Origin: Acidobacteriota bacterium
Lineage (GTDB): Bacteria; Acidobacteriota; UBA890; WLXD01
Assembly: GCA_965248695.1 (NCBI GenBank)
Contig: CBDFKD010000002.1
Coordinates: forward strand, 2,272,001-2,336,000
Direction: 5' to 3'
DNA length: 64,000 bases
The translations under genes were made by a program, and so were the position numbers. Positions within the stretch are counted from its first letter, which is position 1; each line of letters starts with the position of its first letter. Shown in pieces: positions 30,406 to 39,200 of this stretch. Below the pieces are notes generated by a model. The model did not search any database. It was not told where the DNA came from and saw only the letters and a list, made by a program, of their open reading frames with translations.

Positions 30406-30532
30406 CGGTGAACACCGAACCACGCGCGGTGAACACTGAATCCCCCTTGCTGGTGAGACGGGGTACCGCGTCGGTGAGCGCTGCAGCGACCGTCCGGTGA
30501 ACATCGAACACGAACCTCGGTGAACACCGAAC
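30406..30532. repeat. Four 15-bp direct repeats CGGTGAACAYYGAAY
   Basis: Copies at 30406, 30427, 30495, 30518. Confidence 0.8.
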
Positions 30533-30590
30533 CGGCCAGGGTGCCGGAATGTGGAGTGCTCCGCCCCCCGTACGACAGCAACGACAGGCT

Positions 30591-30850
30591 CTACTGGAAC
30601 ACCCACGGGCCCAGCGGCACGTCGTTCTTGCAGCTGTCGTCGATCTTCGCGTACGGATCATCCCGGAACCCTGATACGAGCTTCGGTCGGCAGTCTCCGG
30701 GTAACCCGTGTCGCTGACCCTGAAGCTCGATGATCTGCAGGTTGGGCATCGTTCGCGCCACGTGGTGACCCCAGCGGGGGCTGCAGCACACGTCGACCTG
30801 ACCATGCAGCGATAGCCCCGGAACGTCCGAGTGGAAACGGTCGTTGTGCT
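30591..30850 (-). pseudogene. C-terminal fragment of an alpha/beta hydrolase (TAP-like)
   Basis: SDVPGLSLHGQVD..HHVARTMPNLQIIELQGQRHG; cut by IS256. Confidence 0.5.
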
Positions 30851-32215
30851 CGGATCCGGCCCGAGTCCTGTGGAAATAAAGATGGCGTAACCTCCGAGTA
30901 GGAAAAACACAAAGCCGCCACGAGCGGCAGGAGGCTACGCCGTGAAGCAGGTTAGCACGGAGGGAACCGGGCTCGTCGAGTTCCGGCAGGACGTACAGGC
31001 GCTGTTGCGCACCAGGATCCGCGAGGCGATCCAGATGACGCTTGACGAGGAGCTCACCGAGGCGCTGGGTTGCGACCGATACGAGCGCAACGGGCAGCGG
31101 CGAGGCTACCGCAACGGCAGCCAAAGGCGTCGGGTGACGACAGCCCAAGGGCTCCAGGAGCTGGACATACCGCGGGGGCGCATCGTGGGGCAAGACGGCA
31201 GCACCCGAGAGTTCCGCAGCGCGATCCTGCCACGGTACGCACGGCGAGCCCGGCAGGTGGACGAGGCGATCCTGGGAGCATACCTGGCGGGAGCCAACAC
31301 CCGGCGGATCCGCAAGGCGCTCTCTCCGCTGCTGGGCAAGGCGCACCTGACCAAGAGCACGATCTCCAGGGTGGTGGGGCGCCTGAAGGCGTACTTCGAG
31401 CGCTGGAGACAGCGAGATGTGTCAGGCGAGCGGTACTGGATCCTGTATTTGGACGGGTTCCATCTGAAGGTCAGGCTGGCGAGGCGGGTCGTGTCGGCGC
31501 CGGTACTGGCGGTGCTCGGGGTCCAGCCCGACGGCCAGAAGGTGTTGGTAGCGTTGCAGTTGGCGGTCTCGGAGGCAGCGGTGCACTGGCAAGGACTGAT
31601 CGAGTCGCTGGTGAGACGAGGGCTGCAGGCGCCGGAGGTGCTGATCGCCGACGGCCACAAGGGCCTGGCCAAGGCGATCGAGGTATGGCCCGATGTGTCG
31701 GTGCAGCGGTGCACACAACACAAGTGGAGCAACTTACGCGACCACTGCCCGGTTCATGCACGTGCGGAGATGAAGCGGGACTGGGATGCGATCGTCCGGG
31801 CCGATGACGGCAACCAGGCCAGAGCCGCCTACGCCGCCTTCGTACGCAAGTGGTCGACCCTCGTGCCCGCCGTGGCCCGGAGCCTGCAGGAGGCCGGCTT
31901 GAACCTGCTGACTTTCTACCAGTTCCCGAAGCCGATGTGGAAGACGCTGCGCACCACCAACGCCCTCGAGAACCTGAACCGGGAGTTCCGTCGTCGTACC
32001 AAGACGCAGGGCTCGTTCTCGACCGAGGCCGCTGGGGTGACGTTGCTGTGGAGCCTGGTCGCCTTCGGCCAGATCCGCATGCGACGCATCGATGGCCACC
32101 GGTTCTTGGCTCAGCTCACGTGCGGCCCCGACAAACAGGCCGCCTAACCGATAGGATCATCCGTCGTCGCGGAGGAGACGCTCATCCAATTTCCACGACA
32201 TTCGGGGCACATCCC
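30851..32215 (+). mobile_element. IS256 family element (transposase 30942-32147)
   Basis: GYRNG, LYLDG, LIADG, QRCTQHK, RTTNALENLNREFRRR; imperfect IRs ending GTGGAAAT; no target duplication. Confidence 0.92.
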
Positions 32216-32388
32216 AACTCGATATCCGGGATGGAATTCTGGCGGTTCAACTCAAGGTTGCGGATGGTTCCCAGCGAAACCACTTTCCCCTTCGCCGCGA
32301 GCGTCCTCATGAGATGCTCACGGCTCCAGGCGCGCGCCTCCCTCAACGTTCGGAGCTTCTGTCCGTTCCAAAACTCTTTATTTCCATG
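32216..32388 (-). pseudogene. Cro-like XRE HTH gene truncated by IS256
   Basis: GQKLRTLREARAWSREHL..VSLGTIRNLE; no in-frame start seen. Confidence 0.6.
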
Positions 32389-32465
32389 ACGACGACCCTA
32401 CCTGTAGTTGCCTTGCCCTGTCAACCCGTTACGGTTAACTCTTTACAGGTCGCCGGTTAGCATGC

Positions 32466-32801
32466 GTGAGTATGAGTTCTGCGTTAGAAAGTCAACTCCA
32501 GAATATCAAAGACGAGATAGCGCGGATTCTGAGTTCGGCTCGGTCGGAATCGGGCTACGATCAGGTATCCGTAGAGCGCGAAGCACAAATCGCCCACGGC
32601 ACCCTTAGCAAGTTCGAGCGCGGCGTGAGCGAGGCTCTCCCGAGCCTCGAGTTGGCAGCTCGGCTGGAGCGCGCCCTCAGTATTCCGTCGGGCGACCTAC
32701 GACCGTTCATCATCGCCGGCCGCATCGTCCGAAACTTCCGACGAGACGAAGTCAGCGTCGGCGAGATCCTCGGCGCCTGCGACATCATCCGCAAGGGATA
32801 G
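32466..32801 (+). CDS. XRE-family HTH repressor
   Basis: LSSARSESGYDQVSVE..HGTLSKFERG..PSLELAARLERAL; divergent from the cro-like gene. Confidence 0.8.
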   Translation: MSMSSALESQLQNIKDEIARILSSARSESGYDQVSVEREAQIAHGTLSKFERGVSEALPSLELAARLERALSIPSGDLRPFIIAGRIVRNFRRDEVSVGEILGACDIIRKG

Positions 32802-33029
32802 GCCCCCACGATGTACGAACGACGCGCAGTTGCCGGCGCTATCGAAGAAATCGAGGAAAGCGCCCAACTCGCTAGAGGACAGGCGCACGTGGACCCCGTC
32901 AGCCGGGTTAGTAAACTCCATCACGGGGCCCCAGAAAATTTCTTCACTCGCCTCTTCCACTCGCAGCACGATACGCCCGCGACCACTGGAGTCCTCTACG
33001 ACGAGTTCCCTGCAACGCAACGTTTCCAT
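32697..33029 (-). CDS. Hypothetical protein
   Basis: GAGG RBS; METLRCRELVVEDSSGRGRIVL; overlaps the repressor 3' end. Confidence 0.4.
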   Translation of the reverse strand: METLRCRELVVEDSSGRGRIVLRVEEASEEIFWGPVMEFTNPADGVHVRLSSSELGAFLDFFDSAGNCASFVHRGGLSLADDVAGAEDLADADFVSSEVSDDAAGDDERS

Positions 33030-33294
33030 GCCTCTTATGCCTCCCAGCATCCAGCCCACCAACCGGGAGACGAGGGGCTGCTTCCGGTTGCGGAGCGAGT
33101 ATTCTCGTAACGCGAGCGACCGTAACAGACATTTGTCTGCTAACACAAGGAGAGATGCGAAGGCGCGTGTGGGCGCGCAACGAAGGAACCGAGAATGCCT
33201 GCTACGGCAGGCTCTACACGCTACAGGCCGATCTCACCCGAGAATCGGTGAGCGTCGACCGTTAACTTAACTAGCTCCAAGGAGACACGCTCCG

Positions 33295-33609
33295 ATGATG
33301 ATTGATGAAGTGCTGCTCTTGAAGGATCTCGATGATCGAGAGCGTCTGATGTTTCAAAGCGAATACCAAACCGTCAAAAAGAGCAGCACAACCGCCATAC
33401 TGTTGGCGTTTTTCCTCGGTAGCTTCGGAGCACATCGCTTCTACCTTGGGGAAGTGGGTCTTGGTGTGCTCTACATAGCGTTCTGCTGGACGCTCATTCC
33501 AGGTATCGTCGCCATAGTGGAGCTGTTTCTCCTGAAAGGTCGCGTTCAGGTCTATAACAAGGAAAAAGCTGATGCGATCGCTGTCAAACTGAAGGCCCTC
33601 CGAGCGTGA
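33295..33609 (+). CDS. TM2 domain membrane protein
   Basis: [38 protein letters not shown]; AAGGAG RBS; lower GC. Confidence 0.9.
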   Translation: MMIDEVLLLKDLDDRERLMFQSEYQTVKKSSTTAILLAFFLGSFGAHRFYLGEVGLGVLYIAFCWTLIPGIVAIVELFLLKGRVQVYNKEKADAIAVKLKALRA

Positions 33610-33798
33610 CCTACCGGTCGGTCAGGTCGCCTGGACAGGGAAAACGCTTCTGTGATTAGCAATCGAAAGCGCCTGCTGCGGCAGGCTCTACACGCTACAG
33701 GCCGACCTCACCCGAGGGTCGGTGAACGCTGAACAGGGGGAGGGGGCTGGTCAGATGGACGGGGAAGACGCTTCTATGATTTCTGCACGCCGGAGATT

Positions 33799-34056
33799 TC
33801 AGTGGAGAACAGGATTAGCACATGGAATCTGACGTTGGCACCGTGATAAAGTACCGTCAACGTCCAGCGCGCGCGCCAAAGCCCGCAGCGGCAGGATGCG
33901 CAGCATCCAGCGCTCCGGGTCGTTTTCGAGATCCTCCACCACCTGCAGTGGCGTGCATCCGAACTCCTCACATAGCCGACTGATGAACCACGCCTCGGGC
34001 ACCGGCTCATCACCAATACCCTCGAAGTGGCGATACAGCCGGACTAGGCTTCCCCC
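33799..34056 (-). CDS. Tail assembly chaperone second ORF (gpT-like, -1 frame)
   Basis: FISRLCEEFGCTPLQV; overlaps the chaperone stop at GGGGGAA. Confidence 0.6.
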   Translation of the reverse strand, partial: GGSLVRLYRHFEGIGDEPVPEAWFISRLCEEFGCTPLQVVEDLENDPERWMLRILPLRALARALDVDGTLSRCQRQIPCANPVLH

Positions 34057-34451
34057 TCCTGAGCCTCTGACGGAGGCATGGTCAGATCGATGATTTCCTG
34101 AGCGGCCCACTGTGTGGTGCGCTCATCCAGCGCCGCCTTGTTCTCGGAGTCGCAGGAGGCATCGTAGGACCAGGCCGCCAAGCCCATGTCGATCAGATAG
34201 CCCGTGTCGTAGTTGGCCGCCTGATAGCGCCGCTCTTGGAGCACCTTGCGAATCTCCCCCTCGGCTCTGTCGCCACCCTTCGAAAGCACCTCGAGGAATT
34301 CCGCTCCCCAAGCCTTAGCGGACTCGCGGGAATAATCCTCCTGCAGGCTGCGCGCTTTGCGCAGCTGCTTCCACGAGAGCCGGTTGAGTAGAAAGTGCTG
34401 CCCCGGCTCGTGTGGAATCTCCCGCTGTACGGGCTCTCCTGTCACCAACAT
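34044..34451 (-). CDS. Tail assembly chaperone (gpG-like)
   Basis: Position after the tail tube; AAAGGAG RBS; GLAAWSY motif. Confidence 0.7.
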   Translation of the reverse strand: MLVTGEPVQREIPHEPGQHFLLNRLSWKQLRKARSLQEDYSRESAKAWGAEFLEVLSKGGDRAEGEIRKVLQERRYQAANYDTGYLIDMGLAAWSYDASCDSENKAALDERTTQWAAQEIIDLTMPPSEAQEGEA

Positions 34452-34480
34452 CTACGTTTCTCCTTTGTCTTTGGCTGCTC

Positions 34481-34903
34481 TTACGCCCAGGTCCACGCGC
34501 CGGTCGGCTGCAGCACCACGACCGCCTTGTGGATGTCCTCGGCACTCATCACCACCTGGAAGCTCACCACCCGCACATCGCCCGTGAGGGTCTTACCGTC
34601 ACCGGCAGTAATGACAACCTCGCGGCCGTCATCCTGGGGACCATCATCGACATCCTTGAAGATGTCGTGCGGGCCGTTCGTGCTCGTGTCCCAGATCAGA
34701 TTGAAGGTGAGCTGGTTCACCATCCTCATGCCCGTGGGCGTGTGCTCTCCCCAGGCATCCCCGTAGGTGGTGGTCTCCACAAACGCCGCCTCGATCTGTG
34801 GATCGACCCCTTCGAGCAAGTAGTTGGAGATGTCGCGGGCCGTCCCACCGGGAGCATCCTCGATGGTCACCGATACCGATGAGGAGCCGTACTTTCCAGG
34901 CAT
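34481..34903 (-). CDS. Tail tube protein
   Basis: VETTTYGDAW..TG, C-terminal LQPTGAWT; position in the operon. Confidence 0.75.
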   Translation of the reverse strand: MPGKYGSSSVSVTIEDAPGGTARDISNYLLEGVDPQIEAAFVETTTYGDAWGEHTPTGMRMVNQLTFNLIWDTSTNGPHDIFKDVDDGPQDDGREVVITAGDGKTLTGDVRVVSFQVVMSAEDIHKAVVVLQPTGAWTWA

Positions 34904-34945
34904 CGTTGTCTTTCTCCCGCCCGCATTGCGGGCCGTTGTTGTCGA

Positions 34946-35683
34946 TTACAAACGAGACATTGCGATCAGTGAGGTGATCGAGCCGGTACCCGTCAGCGCG
35001 CCACTCACGGCGATGTAGCGATCCACCGTGCCGGTTGCACCGAGGCGTTCGGCGAACGGAGCCGAGACGTTGTTGGTGAACGTAATGAGATCTGCGAACA
35101 CTGTGTTATCGGCCGAGTCGCGGATCTTGACCGACAAGCCCGTGATGCCCGCAGCGGCGTTCACGACGAGGTACCCCACAGCGCCGTTGGCCGAACTGGC
35201 ACCGTTGTCCAGCGTCTGGCTCTCGGTATTCCAGTCGGCCGTTTTGGATTCCAGCGGCTGCAAAAGCACACACTCGTCGCGCTGCCCGGTCACCAGGCAT
35301 GTGGCGTTGGCTCGGTGTAGATCGCCTTGCGACATCATTACCTGGTAACTCTGCTGATACAGACCCGACAGACCCACGCACGCATCCCCCACGCCCTTGG
35401 AGGGGCCGTACACGAGCAGGCGCGGTACCGCCTGCACCGAGCTCGGCACCGAGCCCCCTAGCGCCGCGTGGCTGTTGTTGGCTCCGGTATCAAAGAACGC
35501 TCCCTCAATGCTCAGCTCCACTTGGCGCACACCGATGGGCGTGTGCTTTTCCCACCCGTCTCCAAGCCCATCGGTGCGCACGGTGGGAACGGTGACCGTT
35601 TCGGATAGCTGCTGTGGACTGGCGGCCGTCAGGTCATAGCCATCCACCGTAAGGAACACATCGGCGGGACCGTAGCGTGTCAT
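34946..35683 (-). CDS. Tail-tube-like protein with an extra C-terminal beta domain
   Basis: N-terminal half resembles the adjacent tube gene. Confidence 0.6.
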   Translation of the reverse strand: MTRYGPADVFLTVDGYDLTAASPQQLSETVTVPTVRTDGLGDGWEKHTPIGVRQVELSIEGAFFDTGANNSHAALGGSVPSSVQAVPRLLVYGPSKGVGDACVGLSGLYQQSYQVMMSQGDLHRANATCLVTGQRDECVLLQPLESKTADWNTESQTLDNGASSANGAVGYLVVNAAAGITGLSVKIRDSADNTVFADLITFTNNVSAPFAERLGATGTVDRYIAVSGALTGTGSITSLIAMSRL

Positions 35684-35686
35684 TAC

Positions 35687-35950
35687 TTACCTCCCCGTCG
35701 AGACCTTCGCCGTGGAGCGCGGCGTGACGATCTCGACGTTGCCGGACTGGATCTGAACCTGTTGCAGCTTCTTGGGCATATCGGAGCAGTCGCCCCCAGC
35801 CTCGACGCTCCTAAACTCGATCCCGGCGCGGTCCTTGGCGCTCATGCGCGATAGCCCACCCGCCTTAGCGATCGCCTGCACGGCCTTCGGATCGATGGGA
35901 TACGTGATGGCGCCGCGACGGTTCGTCACGCGGAGCTTTTGGGTAGCCAT
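35687..35950 (-). CDS. Hypothetical phage protein
   Basis: AGGAG RBS; tightly packed in the operon. Confidence 0.65.
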   Translation of the reverse strand: MATQKLRVTNRRGAITYPIDPKAVQAIAKAGGLSRMSAKDRAGIEFRSVEAGGDCSDMPKKLQQVQIQSGNVEIVTPRSTAKVSTGR

Positions 35951-35954
35951 GAGA

Positions 35955-36140
35955 TCAATCGCTCCTGTAGTTGTTGCCGCACTTCAAACACCAGCTCGTG
36001 CCCCCGAACGCCTTCTGTTGCCTGTCCTCGGAAGCCCCGCATTGCGGGCACGATCCATCATCTAAATGAGTGGGGATCGCGTTGCCGCGAGCATCCACGA
36101 GTCCGCCTTTGTCAACATCGACTGGCCCTGTATCCGTCAT
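35955..36140 (-). CDS. Small zinc-ribbon phage protein
   Basis: CPQC...CLKC; ATGA overlap with the upstream gene. Confidence 0.65.
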   Translation of the reverse strand: MTDTGPVDVDKGGLVDARGNAIPTHLDDGSCPQCGASEDRQQKAFGGTSWCLKCGNNYRSD

Positions 36141-36529
36141 CGCTCTTTCTCGGTGCGGCAGTTAAAGACGATCAAAACGCGCTCTTTGTCGTCGCGCTTG
36201 TACAGTCCCGGGTCTTGTAGAGGGCTGATCCAGTGGTACTGCGTGCCAGACAGCTCGGTGCCCTGAACCTTCACCAGCGCGTCACGGATACTCGTGGCGG
36301 TGGCCAGCGGCGTGTCGTGGTCGTACGGCGCACCGCGCACCACGACTTGCAGCCGCGGCCGCTCGTAGGCCACCCCGCCGGTGACTCCGAACCCCCGCGA
36401 CGGCGCCTCCCCGGGGTACTGGTACAGCGCCACCGCCGTATCCGGCGTCGCCGGCATCGTTCCCCTATAGATCGGATCCGTGATGCTCTCGGTGACCAAG
36501 TAGCTCTTCACCTCCTGCAGAAAGGCCAT
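36137..36529 (-). CDS. Tail terminator (minor capsid family)
   Basis: MPATPDTAVALYQYPG, ERPRLQVVVRG, RVLIVFN. Confidence 0.8.
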   Translation of the reverse strand: MAFLQEVKSYLVTESITDPIYRGTMPATPDTAVALYQYPGEAPSRGFGVTGGVAYERPRLQVVVRGAPYDHDTPLATATSIRDALVKVQGTELSGTQYHWISPLQDPGLYKRDDKERVLIVFNCRTEKER

Positions 36530-36909
36530 CAGCGCTCCAACAACCCCTTGCCGATCCGCGCCGCCATCCCTGGAATCGCCTCGGTCACGGAGTTCTCCAG
36601 AAACTTCGCCTCGCCCACCGTGTGGCGCGCCTCTAGGTCCTCGTGTACGCGGTGTGCGTAGCTCACCGCCGGCCCCCCAACACCGATCCGCACCGATACA
36701 TCCCGACCCGACCGCCTGGGCGCCTCCACGTGGTGGCTGGCACGTAGTGCGCCGGTATCCACCGGGGTTCGCCGACGGCTCTTGGTGGCGATCTTTTGAG
36801 CCTCCCGGTGCAACGCCGCCTCGATCTTGCTCGGCATGCGAGCCGTTACGGCCCCCAGCTTGCGCCTCAGCTCAGACAACCCCTCGATCCGTACGCTCAT
36901 CCCAGCCAC
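36529..36909 (-). CDS. HK97 gp10 family neck protein
   Basis: IEGLSEL..TPVDTGALRAS..YAHRVHE..AKFLE. Confidence 0.85.
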   Translation of the reverse strand: MAGMSVRIEGLSELRRKLGAVTARMPSKIEAALHREAQKIATKSRRRTPVDTGALRASHHVEAPRRSGRDVSVRIGVGGPAVSYAHRVHEDLEARHTVGEAKFLENSVTEAIPGMAARIGKGLLER

Positions 36910-37253
36910 ACCTCGAGCATGTAGGGTGTCCCGGTGGAGCCATTCACCAGCCCCTCGATATCGAGAATCGGCCCCGTGGTGTTGTCCGGCAGCGTGATCC
37001 GATCCAGCGGCCCCACCTGCACCGGGAACAGAAAGCTCACCTTGGCCCGCGCCATCACCACGTTGCCCTCGTCGCCGCGCACCTGTCGCTGCTTGTGCTC
37101 CACGAGCGCTGGCCGCTGTACCGCTGAGCCATACGTCGGTGCCCCCTGGTCATTGGGGCCTTCATACGCTTCGTGGACCACGTCGTGCTGCAGGTCGCTC
37201 GTGAGGCTGTTGGCCAGCGCCACACCGGAGGCCACAAGAGTCTCCAAACCCAT
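36897..37253 (-). CDS. Head closure protein
   Basis: Position in the operon; DRITLPD motif. Confidence 0.65.
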   Translation of the reverse strand: MGLETLVASGVALANSLTSDLQHDVVHEAYEGPNDQGAPTYGSAVQRPALVEHKQRQVRGDEGNVVMARAKVSFLFPVQVGPLDRITLPDNTTGPILDIEGLVNGSTGTPYMLEVWLG

Positions 37254-37257
37254 ATCG

Positions 37258-37797
37258 CTACGCCCTCACCAGTTGGCGCGTGCCGGAGGCACGGCCCCGC
37301 ACCGCGTAGTACCAGTGCTCCGGGATCAGCAGCACCACCAGGTCCGGCACCGCCTTGGCAAACACGGAGTCTTTGAACTCCAACTCCACCGGCCCTGCCT
37401 TGATCCTGGTGATGCCTTTGGTCTCGATATCGGAATCATCCGTGCGGCCGAGATCGGCCAGCAGTTGCCGGGCGTATTCCGCCTGCGCGTTCTTAATCTG
37501 CACCGGGATCTCGGTGGAGGCGACGTGCTCAAACCCGGTCGGCTTGAGCATCCCCGTGCGGGGCCATTGCAGCGCCTGGTTCCGATCCACCGCGTGCCCG
37601 CTCCACTCAAAGGCTCGGTCCAGCAGCAGCGTCGCCATCAACAGCGCCTTGGTCTTGGCACCCTCCTCGGTGCTCGTGGCTGTCCACGCCGTACCGGACG
37701 CGACCCGGTCCTCGTGGTACTGCTCGGCCTCCCCCAGCGTGGCGTAGGTGTTGCTCCAAGCCCCGCCGACGGTCGCATTCAGTACCGAGGTCGCCAT
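37258..37797 (-). CDS. Head-tail adaptor (DnaT-like annotation family)
   Basis: NTYATLGEAEQY, QALQWPR, IPVQIKNAQAE. Confidence 0.8.
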   Translation of the reverse strand: MATSVLNATVGGAWSNTYATLGEAEQYHEDRVASGTAWTATSTEEGAKTKALLMATLLLDRAFEWSGHAVDRNQALQWPRTGMLKPTGFEHVASTEIPVQIKNAQAEYARQLLADLGRTDDSDIETKGITRIKAGPVELEFKDSVFAKAVPDLVVLLIPEHWYYAVRGRASGTRQLVRA

Positions 37798-37970
37798 CAG
37801 TTCCCCTTGCGCCTTTTCGTAGGCTGCGCCTTGGACTTCGGCTTGCCACCGCCTCTAGCCTTCGGCTTGGCTATCTCCTCGTAGTCGTGTTCGTTGAACT
37901 CTTCTCGATTGATCACGCACTCCGCCCCATCGCTTTTGCGACGGACTTTCTGAGTCGGTATTGCAGCCAT
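37797..37970 (-). CDS. Small basic phage protein (57 aa)
   Basis: MAAIPTQKVRR..CVINREEFNE; TGATG coupling to the adaptor gene. Confidence 0.6.
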   Translation of the reverse strand: MAAIPTQKVRRKSDGAECVINREEFNEHDYEEIAKPKARGGGKPKSKAQPTKRRKGN

Positions 37971-38052
37971 CGCTTTGTCACCTAGGGGGTGTGGGCTCGG
38001 TCGCGAGCACGCAGCCAGCGCGACCGAGCCTCATCATTGTGGACCCAGCCGA

Positions 38053-39168
38053 TTAGCCTGCGACGCGCACCGCCAGCTCCGGGCGAACCGTCTGCACACC
38101 GTAGAGGGAGTCGTAGGAGAAACGAGTCCTCTTGTGCTGACGCGACACTTCCAGTCGCAGCGCCAAGCCCGATACCGGGTCGACCGCCGCGCGGAACGTC
38201 CCGACTCCCATCGGGTCGGCTCCCTGGAACGGCCGCATGGCCAACGCGAAGGCGTCACGGTGAAACGCCAGGTTCACCGTGTGGCTGCCCTTGAACGTCA
38301 GCGCCGCATCGTCGGCCCAGGCAACCTTCGACGCCGGTGCGTAGGTGATGACGTTGCTCCCGTAGGCCTCCACGACGTAGGTCTGCGTGTCACCGGCCAC
38401 CGTGAAGATGTCGCCCTCGGCGGGATCGCCCGAGCCGGTATCGATCGTCACGGTTCCGTTGCCCACCACATGGTCCGACTGGTTCACCAGCCAGCCTGAG
38501 CCGCCGCCCGTGGTATGCGTTGGAACGTTCTGGTCCATCGCCCACATGGAGCCGAGCTTCTCGCCGATCTCACCACGCAAGATACCCTGACGGTCACCCC
38601 GGTAACTGGCGTCCTGGAAGGCGCGCAGGTTCAGCGCGTTCGCCTCTGCATCCGGATCGATCACGCAAAAGCGTGGATCCAGTGGCGCGAGCTGTTCGTT
38701 GAGCACCTTGCGGGCGTTCACGAACGCCGACAGGTCGCTCGTGAACGGCGTGGTGCCCGCCGTGCCGGCGTACCCGTAGATGTCCTTGTACTTGGCAAGG
38801 ATGGCGTTGTCGATGTTGTTCGCCAGCGCCTTGATCGCCTCGGAGGCTTGCATCGGGATCGTTCCCGACTGCACCTCCAGCATTTCCTTGTCGTTGAGGA
38901 AAAACGGCGCCTCGTACCACTGATCCAGTACGAGCGACACCTTCGTCGGCGCGATCCCGGCATCGTCGGGCGGCGTGTTGGAAGGCGTTACCGCGGTTGC
39001 GGCGATCGCCGAGGGGATCGGTACATCGATCGTCGAGTACTGATCGCCCGGAACGTTTTCGTAGGCGCGGTTGACGAACCGCGGCATGACCACCATCTCG
39101 CGCAGAGCCAACAGACCCTGTGCCAACAGACGGTCAACGATATGCGTGGTGGTGTTGGTATTGGCCAC
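38053..39168 (-). CDS. Major capsid protein, P22 coat family
   Basis: GGAGGAG RBS + GTG; ALANNID, MDQNV, NLAFHRDAFALAMRP, DSLYGVQTVRPELA. Confidence 0.9.
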   Translation of the reverse strand: MANTNTTTHIVDRLLAQGLLALREMVVMPRFVNRAYENVPGDQYSTIDVPIPSAIAATAVTPSNTPPDDAGIAPTKVSLVLDQWYEAPFFLNDKEMLEVQSGTIPMQASEAIKALANNIDNAILAKYKDIYGYAGTAGTTPFTSDLSAFVNARKVLNEQLAPLDPRFCVIDPDAEANALNLRAFQDASYRGDRQGILRGEIGEKLGSMWAMDQNVPTHTTGGGSGWLVNQSDHVVGNGTVTIDTGSGDPAEGDIFTVAGDTQTYVVEAYGSNVITYAPASKVAWADDAALTFKGSHTVNLAFHRDAFALAMRPFQGADPMGVGTFRAAVDPVSGLALRLEVSRQHKRTRFSYDSLYGVQTVRPELAVRVAG

Positions 39169-39200
39169 TGTCGGGGCACTCCTCCACAAAAGAAGTTGCG

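Noticed and set aside
30406-30532. Mini CRISPR array
   Set aside because: Repeats are only 15 bp and the gaps (6, 53, 8 bp) are incompatible with spacers
33197-33785. Integron attC sites around the TM2 gene
   Set aside because: No RYYYAAC...GTTRRRY bounded palindrome and no integron integrase in the window
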